Source of the DNA: Spirochaetia bacterium
Lineage (GTDB): Bacteria; Spirochaetota; Spirochaetia; SZUA-6; Bin103
Length of the DNA stretch: 64,000 bases
Direction: 5' to 3'
NCBI GenBank assembly: GCA_965198005.1
Contig: CBDAOI010000004.1
Coordinates: forward strand, 1,799,257 to 1,863,256
In this document: piece by piece, positions 56,078 through 64,000 of the stretch
Layout of the letters: every line of letters starts with the position of its first letter
Position numbering within the stretch: position 1 is the first letter of the stretch
Made by a program: the position numbers and the translations under genes
Notes under the pieces: model-generated
Database searches by the model: none
What the model saw: only the letters and a program-made list of their open reading frames with translations
Told to the model about the DNA's origin: nothing

Positions 56078-56857
56078 ATGCAGCACGTTCGGAATAGCCG
56101 GCCGGCGGCGGTGTGGTGGGGGGTGCTGGCGGTGGCGGCGCTGGTGCCGGTTGCGGCGCCGGCGCCGGCCGCGTACGCGGGCGAGGTGCAGGTCGCGGTG
56201 GCGGCCAACTTCGCCGCGGCCGCGGGCGAGCTGGGACCGCGGTTCGAGCAGGCTGCCGGTCACCGCGCGCGGTTCAGCTTCGGCTCAACCGGCCGGTTGT
56301 ACGCGCAGATCACCCAGGGCGCGCCGTACGAGGTGTTTCTGGCCGCGGACCGGGTGCATCCGCAGCGCGCCGTGGCCGCCGGCTACGCGGTGCCGGACAC
56401 GACCTTCACCTACGCCACCGGCCGGCTGGTGCTGTTCAGCGCGGACCGCGCGCTGGTGACCGGCCGCGGAACCCTGACCGGCACCGACTACACGCGGCTG
56501 GCGATACCCAATCCCAGGCTCGCGCCGTACGGCAGCGCCGCGGTGGCCGCGCTGCGGGCGCTCGGCGTGTACGACCAGGTGCAGCCGCGGCTGGTGTTCG
56601 GCAACAACGTGGCGCAGGCGTATCAGTTCGTGATCAGCGGCAACGCCGAGCTCGGTCTGGTGGCGCTGGCGCAGGTGGCCACCCACGCCGGCGGGTCGCG
56701 CTGGCTGGTTCCCGCCGAGCTGCACCCGGCGCTGGAGCAGGACGCGGTGCTGCTGCAGCCGGGCGCCGGCAATCCCGCCGCGCGCGCCTTCCTCGACTTC
56801 CTGCGCACGCCGGCCGCACGCGCGGTGATCGCCCGCTACGGATACGGCGCCCGATGA
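56078..56857 (+). CDS. modA: molybdate ABC substrate-binding protein
   Basis: AVAANF, GSTG.LYAQI.QGAP, APYG. Confidence 0.92.
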   Translation: MQHVRNSRPAAVWWGVLAVAALVPVAAPAPAAYAGEVQVAVAANFAAAAGELGPRFEQAAGHRARFSFGSTGRLYAQITQGAPYEVFLAADRVHPQRAVAAGYAVPDTTFTYATGRLVLFSADRALVTGRGTLTGTDYTRLAIPNPRLAPYGSAAVAALRALGVYDQVQPRLVFGNNVAQAYQFVISGNAELGLVALAQVATHAGGSRWLVPAELHPALEQDAVLLQPGAGNPAARAFLDFLRTPAARAVIARYGYGAR

Positions 56858-56878
56858 CGGGCCGGCGCGGACCGGCCG

Positions 56879-57565
56879 GTGGCTGACCTGCCGGCGCTGT
56901 GGCCGCCGATCTGGCTCACCCTGCGCCTGGCGGTGGTGTCCACCGCGGTGCTGCTGGTGGTGAGCACGCCGGTCGCCTGGTGGCTGGCGCGTTCGCCGGC
57001 CCGGTGGAAGGAGGCGGTGGGCGCGGTGGTGGCGCTGCCGCTGGTGCTGCCGCCCACGGTGCTCGGCTTCTACCTGCTGGTGGCGCTGGGACCGAACGGC
57101 CCCGGCGGCTGGATCGCGGGTCTGTTCGGCGGCCGCTCGCTGGCGTTCACCTTCACCGGGCTGGTGGCGGGCTCGGTGGTCTATTCCCTGCCGTTTGTGG
57201 TGCAGCCGATTCGCAACGCGTTCGAGGCGTTCGGGGACCGCCCGCTGGACGTCGCGGCCACCCTGCGCGCCACGCCGTGGGACGCGTTCTGGAGCGTGGC
57301 GGTGCCGCTGGCGCGCCCCGGCTTCGTGAGCGGCGCGGTGCTGGGCTTCGCGCACACGGTCGGGGAGTTCGGCGTGGTGCTGATGATCGGCGGCAACATA
57401 CCCGGCAGGACGCGCGTGCTGTCGGTGGCCGTGTTCGAGTACGTCGAGACCCTGCAGTGGCAGGCCGCGCACCTGCTGGCCGGCGGCATGCTGGCGTTCG
57501 CGTTCCTGGTGATCCTGGCGATGCTGCTGCTGGAGCGGCGCAGCTCCCGGCGGGCGCTGCGATGA
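56879..57565 (+). CDS. modB: molybdate ABC permease
   Basis: [28 protein letters not shown]. Confidence 0.95.
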   Translation: MADLPALWPPIWLTLRLAVVSTAVLLVVSTPVAWWLARSPARWKEAVGAVVALPLVLPPTVLGFYLLVALGPNGPGGWIAGLFGGRSLAFTFTGLVAGSVVYSLPFVVQPIRNAFEAFGDRPLDVAATLRATPWDAFWSVAVPLARPGFVSGAVLGFAHTVGEFGVVLMIGGNIPGRTRVLSVAVFEYVETLQWQAAHLLAGGMLAFAFLVILAMLLLERRSSRRALR

Positions 57566-58734
57566 GCGGGGCTGCGATGACCGGAGGCGTGCCGGCGCCG
57601 CCGCCGCTGGACGCAGGCCCGATGCTGGAGGCCGCCCTGGCCGGCACCCTCGGCAGCTTCCGCCTGCAGGCATCGTTTCGGGTGCCGATGCACGGTGTCA
57701 CCGCGCTGTTCGGCCCTTCCGGGTGCGGCAAGACCACCATCCTGCGCTGCATCGCCGGCCTGCAGCACCTGCCGGGCCGGCTGCAGGTGGGCGGCGCGCT
57801 GTGGCAGGACCACGCCCGCGGCGTGTTCGTGCAACCGCACCGGCGCGCGGTGGGATACGTGTTTCAGGAGCCGAGCCTGTTCCCGCATCTTTCGGTGCGC
57901 GGCAACCTGTTGTACGGCGCGCGCCGCGCCGGCGGGCTCGGCAACGGGCTCGACTTCGACGCTGCGGTGGACCTGCTCGGCCTGCGCGCCCTGCTCGAGC
58001 GCATGCCGGCGGCGCTGTCGGGCGGCGAGCGGCAGCGGGTGGCGGTGGGCCGGGCGCTGCTGGCGCGGCCCCGTCTGCTGCTGATGGACGAGCCGCTCTC
58101 CGCCCTCGATCAGCCCGCCCGCGAAGAGATCCTGACCTGTTTCGAGACCGTGCACCGGGAGCTGTCGGTGCCGATCGTCTACGTCAGCCACGACCTCGCG
58201 GAGGTGGCCCGGTTGGCCGATCACCTGGTGGTGTTGGCGGCTGGGAGCACGGTCGCGGCCGGACCACTGCGGGAGCTGCTGGAGCGGCTCGATCTACAGC
58301 CCGCCGCCGGACTGGTCGCCGCCGAGGTGGTGCTGGACGCCACCGTCGCCGCGCACGACCGGCGCTACCACCTGACCCGCCTCGACCATCACGGCCAGAC
58401 CATTACCGTGCCGCTGGTCGAGCTGACCGTGGGCGACGGGGTGCGGGTCCGCATCAAGGCGCGCGACGTGGCCCTGACCACGCGCCGGCCGCGGGCGATC
58501 AGCATTCGCAACGTGTTGGCCGGCACCGTGACCGAGCTGCGCGCCGAGCCCGGCACCGCCTACGCCGAGGCGCTGGTGGACATCGGCGGCGGGCGGCTGC
58601 GGGCGCAGATCACCCGCGCCGCGGCCGACGAGCTGAAACTGAGAATCGGGACGCCGGTGTTCGCGCTGATCAAGAGCGTCTCCCTGGACCGACGGGCCAC
58701 GGGACAAGTTCAGTTCAAGGGATATGACGAATGA
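57562..58734 (+). CDS. modC: molybdate ABC ATP-binding protein
   Basis: [17 protein letters not shown]-terminal TOBE/Mop domain. Confidence 0.93.
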   Translation: MSGAAMTGGVPAPPPLDAGPMLEAALAGTLGSFRLQASFRVPMHGVTALFGPSGCGKTTILRCIAGLQHLPGRLQVGGALWQDHARGVFVQPHRRAVGYVFQEPSLFPHLSVRGNLLYGARRAGGLGNGLDFDAAVDLLGLRALLERMPAALSGGERQRVAVGRALLARPRLLLMDEPLSALDQPAREEILTCFETVHRELSVPIVYVSHDLAEVARLADHLVVLAAGSTVAAGPLRELLERLDLQPAAGLVAAEVVLDATVAAHDRRYHLTRLDHHGQTITVPLVELTVGDGVRVRIKARDVALTTRRPRAISIRNVLAGTVTELRAEPGTAYAEALVDIGGGRLRAQITRAAADELKLRIGTPVFALIKSVSLDRRATGQVQFKGYDE

Positions 58735-59004
58735 GGATCACTTAGGATCACCGATGAGGGGTCACCACTCGGTCAGCAGAAACTCGCGGATGTGAACGTG
58801 GTGGATGCCCTTCTGCCCTGCTCCGATGACGGGATCCATCGAGACCACGAACTTCGGGACGAGCACGACGTGCACGACGTGCTGATTCCGACGGGCAGGG
58901 AACAACGCCACCGCCCTTCGCACCAATCCCGTTCATCCTGAAACTCCCGTCAGAGGTCCTCCTGAGTAGTTACCGAATATGACCTTAAATCACCCTTCTC
59001 CCCC

Positions 59005-59972
59005 TTGTCTTTCATGATAGGTAGGCTGGCTAAAAGCTGGGAAACGCCTGACGATACAACGATTATCTTCAACATCCGGCAGGGCGTTCACTGGCATAAT
59101 AAGGCGCCGATGAACGGTCGGGAGCTAACCGCCGATGATGTCGAGTACAACTTCCACCGCATGACGGGTATGGGCAAGTTTGCCGACGCCGGACCCGTCC
59201 CGTTTGGTGGCGCAGCCAATCTCGTCTCCATACCATGGGAATCGATAACGGCCACCGACAAATATACGGTTGTTATACATAATGCCTCCCGAAGTGATCG
59301 AGCAACTACCGGACCCTGGATGCTGGCTGACATAGTCGATGGGAGCTCTATAACCTATTCCAAGAATCCTGACTACTGGGGCTACGACGAAAAATACCCG
59401 CAGAACCGCTTGCCCTATGCCGACGATCTCAGGTGGCTGATTTTTCCAGAGTCAACAACAGCTGTGGCAGCACTACGCTCAGGCAAGCTTGATTTCAGTC
59501 GGTTTGTTTCTACTCTCGACTCGGTACTGAGTCTGGAGCGGACCAACCCGGAAATCGCGGCCCACGCGATTTGGTTTCGGTCGGATGTCGCTCTTGCTAC
59601 TGACGTGCGCAAGCCGCCCTTCGATGACATCCGCGTGCGCAGGGCGATGCAGATGGCACTGGAGGTTGGTATCGCTCGGATGCACAGTGGAACCGCCCCG
59701 GATCCCAGTGGCCTGAGTTGGACGCCATGGTTGACGCCGCCCTAGCCGCTACCACCATGGAGGAGCAGGAGAGGCTGATTGCAGAGGCAGACATGTACGC
59801 TATAGAGAATCACTGGCAGATATGGGGTCCCAAGAGTCCATTCTTTATCTTGGCCCAGCCGTGGCTCGTAGGCTATGACGGTGAATCAGACGAAACCTTC
59901 GGAGACTATGTGCAAACTTTGTTTGCCCGCCTCTGGATTGACAGTGAGCTGAAGAAAGCAATGGGTCATTAG
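59005..59972 (+). pseudogene. family 5 ABC substrate-binding protein, deleted and frameshifted
   Basis: IRQGVHW, TADDV, TGPW, DDIRVRRAM; far too short and split over two frames. Confidence 0.8.
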
Positions 59973-60071
59973 TGCCTGCTCTCGGGGATAACTGAAGCGT
60001 CTAACGGAGCTGGGGGGCTCAAACCCCCCGGGTTTCGGAGTATATACCGCGATGGCAGGAAGTAGTGTGAT

Positions 60072-60526
60072 ATGAGGGCCTATATCATCAGGCGGTTATT
60101 GCTGATGATCCCCATTTTGTTCATATTGAGCATTCTGGTATTTTTTTCGGTTCGCTTCATACCCGGCGATGTCATAAACACAATGTTGGGTAAGGGGGAA
60201 TTCTATGGTGAGGTGAAACGTGAAGCTCTTGAGCGTATGCTGGGATTGGACGTGCCTGTGCATGTGCAGTATGGACGCTGGATAGGAGTGTTGCCGACCC
60301 CTGACTGGGTTACCGGTGAGTCCCACTTCAAAGGTCTCCTCCAGGGCAGCCTTGGCCACTCACTACTTGGCAGCCGGGAGGCGGTGGAGGAGAAGATAGT
60401 AGATAGACTGCCAGTGACCATTGAGCTTGGTGTCCTGGCAATGGTGATTGGTCTGGTGATAGCGGTGCCAGTCGGCATCTACTCGGCGATTCGCCAGGAT
60501 ACAGCCACCGACTACGCTGCGCGTAC
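60072..60526 (+). pseudogene. DppB-like ABC permease, 3'-truncated
   Basis: YIIRRLL...LGLD.P...QY..W...RLPVTIELG; ends at DYAAR. Confidence 0.8.
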
Positions 60527-60719
60527 TCTTGAGTGTCCCCAAGGGCACGCCGATAGTTCTGGCGAAGGCGGGTTGTGACAGCCCCGTCTTGCCGCGGATG
60601 GAGCAGACATCGGGCTCGGGCACCTCAATGTCGTGCATTCCGAACCCGTCTCGCTCGCCATTCAAATAGGCGTGTGCATCCTCAAGCCCGGCCATAACTC
60701 TATTGAATGCCGTGCTCAT
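60527..60719 (-). pseudogene. HigA-like HTH antitoxin, 3'-truncated
   Basis: MSTAFNRVMAGLEDA...IRGKTGLSQPAFA.TIGVPLGTLK, then runs into the permease antisense. Confidence 0.7.
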
Positions 60720-60974
60720 TTGCGCCTCCTGTAATCCCTCTACGACAGAACCCCCTTGGCCGCCGCAAGATATGCGGGAGTCTCAACGACGGTCCGGAAC
60801 GCCCCGTGCATTGTGCGAGTATAGGCGCCCCTGGCGCCGGCGTCAACGGCGCGAGAACACGCTGCCGGTGTGCTCGGGGTGTCGCCAGGTCACCGGCACG
60901 CCGTTTCCGCGACGCGGGCGACGCGACGCGACGCGAACGTTGAACAGGTACCGGATTCGCACTACGATGCCTGC

Positions 60975-62870
60975 ATGACCGACGCTACGCCCACGCTGGA
61001 AATCCGCGATCACCTCGACCGGGAATACGACGACGTCTATACGCCGGCGGTGCTGGACGCGCTGCACGCCCTGGCCGGCTTCAACCGGCGCCGCCGCGCG
61101 CTCATGCGTGAGCGGATCGAACGCCGCGCCCGGCGCGCGCGGGAGGGACGCCGGATCGACTTCCCGGATCCTGCCGAGACCATCCCGGGCACCGCCATCG
61201 CGGTGCGGGCGGCGCGCGCCGGCGCGTTCAGCGGCAGCGAGATCCCGCACGACCTGCAGCGGCAGTGGATTCAGGGCACCGGCCCCGGCGCCAAGCCCAA
61301 CGCCCCGCTGGCGCGCAGCATCCGCAACGTGGCCTACGCGCTGCTCTCCGGCGCCGACGGCTGGATGTTCGACGGTGAGGACGCGCTCGGCCAGATCACC
61401 ACGATGTCGCTGGACAACCAGCGCAATCTGCGGCTGGCCATCGCCGGCGACCCGCAGTTTCACGCCGCGGCCGAGCAGGTGGCGGGGGAGATGAACCGGT
61501 GGGCGGAGCAGTTCTTCGGCCGCGCGATCGTCACCGACTGGCGGCGGCAGCTCGGCTTCACCACCAGGATCTTCCGTGCGCGCGGGCTCCATCTCGACGA
61601 CCGGCACGTGCGCGCGGCGGGCGGAGCCGGGTTCTCGGCCGCGATCGTGGACGCCGCGATGTACGTGGTGCACAACCAGGAGCGGCTGCGGGAGCAGGGT
61701 TCGTCGGTGGTGCTGTACCTGCCGAAGATCCAGACCGCCGGCGAGGCGGCGCTCTGGAACGACCTGCTGAGCGCCCTGGAGAGCCACCTCGGGCTGAGCA
61801 CCGGCACCGTCAAGACCTACGTGCTGGTCGAGCAGCTCGAGGCTTCCTATCAACTGATGGAGATCCGCGCGGCCCTGGGCCGCCACTTCGTCGGCTACAA
61901 CACCGGCCGCTGGGACTACATCAACAGCGTGGCCGACGCCATGGCCTGGGACCGGGCGTTCGTCAATCCCAACATCGACGCGATCGCAATGACCTACGGC
62001 TACATGCGCAACTACGAGGACCGCGTGCGGCGCGCGGTCAACACGCCGGACCGGAACCGCAACTACGCCCTCTGGCAGGGCGGCATGGAGCCCAACATCC
62101 CGGTCGGCTCGCCGGCGGGGGTGGAGGCGTCGATGCGCAAGGCGGTGGCCGCCGCCGAGCGCGAGCAGCGCGCGGGCGCCAGCGGCAAGTGGGTGGCGCA
62201 CTGGAAGATGGTCCACATCGTGCGCCCCGTGTGGGAACGGACCGGTGAGGTCAATCAGCTCGGCCGTGAGTTTCCGCCGCTCACCTACACCGAGGACGAC
62301 TCGCGCGCGCTGACCGAGTTGGAGGACGCGCCGCGCACGGTCCGGGGCGCGCGCGACCTGCTCAGCGTCGCGCTGCAGTACGGCAACGCGTTCGGCCAGG
62401 GCATGCAGGCCGCGGCCCTCAAGCCGGCGGACTCGTTCGGCGACGACGACGTGCTGTACCTCATGGAGGACATGGCCACCGGCGAGATCCGCCTCAGCAT
62501 CCTCTGGGAGTGGATCCACAAGGGCGCCACCCTGACCGCGGACGATCCGGAACTCGGCCTGGCGGCGGGCGAGCGGTTCACGCGCGCCACGTTCGAACGG
62601 CTGCTGGCCGAGGAGTACGACAAGCTGCAGGCGGCGGACGACCGCGACGTGCACGACGATTCCAAGCGCACCACGCTCCCGATCGCGCACGCGATCGCGG
62701 ACGCCTACGTGCTCGACGGCACCAAGGCGCCGTGGTACGTCGACCTGCTCAACCTCAACCTCAACAACGCCGACCTCGACGAGGCGCACCGCCGCATCCG
62801 CAGCTACCTCGACGCATTCCGCCGCGACGGCACCCGGATCACCGAAAACCTCGACTTCACCGTGGGGTAG
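60975..62870 (+). CDS. malate synthase
   Basis: DGEDA, FRARGLHL, YLPK, GRWDYI.S, GKWVAH, LMED.AT.EI. Confidence 0.9.
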   Translation: MTDATPTLEIRDHLDREYDDVYTPAVLDALHALAGFNRRRRALMRERIERRARRAREGRRIDFPDPAETIPGTAIAVRAARAGAFSGSEIPHDLQRQWIQGTGPGAKPNAPLARSIRNVAYALLSGADGWMFDGEDALGQITTMSLDNQRNLRLAIAGDPQFHAAAEQVAGEMNRWAEQFFGRAIVTDWRRQLGFTTRIFRARGLHLDDRHVRAAGGAGFSAAIVDAAMYVVHNQERLREQGSSVVLYLPKIQTAGEAALWNDLLSALESHLGLSTGTVKTYVLVEQLEASYQLMEIRAALGRHFVGYNTGRWDYINSVADAMAWDRAFVNPNIDAIAMTYGYMRNYEDRVRRAVNTPDRNRNYALWQGGMEPNIPVGSPAGVEASMRKAVAAAEREQRAGASGKWVAHWKMVHIVRPVWERTGEVNQLGREFPPLTYTEDDSRALTELEDAPRTVRGARDLLSVALQYGNAFGQGMQAAALKPADSFGDDDVLYLMEDMATGEIRLSILWEWIHKGATLTADDPELGLAAGERFTRATFERLLAEEYDKLQAADDRDVHDDSKRTTLPIAHAIADAYVLDGTKAPWYVDLLNLNLNNADLDEAHRRIRSYLDAFRRDGTRITENLDFTVG

Positions 62871-62991
62871 GACTCGGCGCAGCGTACGGCGACTGCCTAC
62901 GGATTGGGACGGCTGACTCCGCCGCCGGAAGCATCGCTACTTGACCGCGGATGGAAGGGGTAGGTGCGCCGCAGGGGCAGCAACGATCGTG

Positions 62992-64000
62992 TCACAGCAG
63001 CCGCTCCAGCTCGGTGACGTGGGTGGCGAAGGTGTCCAGCGCGTGCTGCACCGGCTGCGGGCTGCTCATGTCCACCCCGGCGAGGCGCAGGGACTCGAAC
63101 GGGTAGCGTGAACCGCCCGAGCGCAGGAACGCCAAGTACTGGTCGCGCTCGGCGGCGCCGCCGCCTTGCACCCGCTGCGCCAAAGCCACCGCCGCCGACA
63201 GGCCGGTGGCGTACTTGTACACGTAGAAGGCGCGGTAGAAGTGCGGAATGCGCAGCCCCTCCAGATCGCTCTCCGGCTCCGGTTCCAGCTCCGGTCCGAA
63301 GTACCGCTCCAGCAGGCCGCGATAAGTGGCGCGCAACGAGTCCACCGTAAGCGGCTCGCCGCGCTCGGCCAGCTCGTGGGTGAGGTGCTCGAACTCCGCG
63401 AACATCGTCTGGCGGTAGACCGTGGCGATGATGTCGTCGGCCTGCTTGCCGATCAGATAGGCGCGCAGGTCGGCGCGGTCGGCGCGCTGCATCAGGGAGG
63501 TGAACAGGAGCTGCTCGTTGAAGGTGGAGGCGACTTCCGCCTCGAAGATGCTGTAGCCGTAGTGCTGGATCGGGTTGCTGCGGGCGCTGTGCCACGAATG
63601 CATCGAGTGCCCCGCCTCGTGGGCGAGGGTGAATACGTCGCGCAGCACGTCCTGCTTGAAGTTCATGAGGATGTAGGGATCGCCGACGTAGGAGCCGGCC
63701 GAAAACGCGCCGGAGCGCTTGCCCTTGTTTTCGTAGCGGTCGACCCAGCCGCCGAGCAGGCCGGAGCGCAGGGTGGCGCAGTAGTCGTCGCCGAGCGGGC
63801 GCAGCGCGTCGATCACCACGTCCACCGCCTGCTCGTAGGTGTGCCGCACCTGGACGTCCCGCACCAGCGGCACATAGACGTCGTAATGCCGCAGCCGCTC
63901 CACCCCGAGCGCGTGCCGGCGCAGTCCGTAGTAGGCGTGGAGCTGCTCCAGGTTGGCGTGCACGGTGGCCACCAGGTTGTCGTACACCTCGGGGCCGACC
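62992..64000 (-). CDS. pepF: oligoendopeptidase F (5' part beyond the window)
   Basis: GKRSGAFS, HEAGHSMH, AEVAS.FNE, IPHFY..FYVYKYATG. Confidence 0.93.
   Translation of the reverse strand, partial: VGPEVYDNLVATVHANLEQLHAYYGLRRHALGVERLRHYDVYVPLVRDVQVRHTYEQAVDVVIDALRPLGDDYCATLRSGLLGGWVDRYENKGKRSGAFSAGSYVGDPYILMNFKQDVLRDVFTLAHEAGHSMHSWHSARSNPIQHYGYSIFEAEVASTFNEQLLFTSLMQRADRADLRAYLIGKQADDIIATVYRQTMFAEFEHLTHELAERGEPLTVDSLRATYRGLLERYFGPELEPEPESDLEGLRIPHFYRAFYVYKYATGLSAAVALAQRVQGGGAAERDQYLAFLRSGGSRYPFESLRLAGVDMSSPQPVQHALDTFATHVTELERLL

Noticed and set aside
1-64000. tRNA or rRNA genes
   Set aside because: No cloverleaf with a T-loop or rRNA signature recognised by eye

Overview
GC-rich bacterial chromosome segment. 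The backbone is metabolic and transport genes: thiolase, acyl-CoA synthetase, acetoacetate decarboxylase-like, a TPP enzyme, SDRs, vanadium haloperoxidase, FMN hydroxy-acid oxidase, two aminotransferases, a divergent transketolase-like enzyme, ProVWX, an SPL-like radical SAM gene with larEBC, recQ, modABC, malate synthase and pepF. Lower-GC accessory cassettes punctuate it, almost all on the minus strand, and no integrase is visible. The first 21 kb is a defence/toxin-antitoxin hotspot built from diverged tandem duplications of host genes (PhyH, YcgN-PilZ-vapBC, MBL hydrolase). Each duplication brackets a different cassette: Panacea TA, hicAB, PIN+ATPase, RelE/HTH, SLOG, HEPN-KGGVGR ATPase-ATPase, helicase-DUF2290. 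Several toxins are knocked out by deletions while their antitoxins stay intact. The best candidate for an undescribed system is the cassette at 28150-30125. It has a near-consensus promoter, about 275 nt of ORF-poor hairpin-rich sequence and a terminator (a probable ncRNA), convergent with a two-gene operon of unknown function (a LOTUS/OST-HTH-like protein and a His/Cys-motif protein). There is also a UGA-recoded selenoprotein with a SECIS-like hairpin. All family calls are from motif recognition by eye; no database search or folding program was run.
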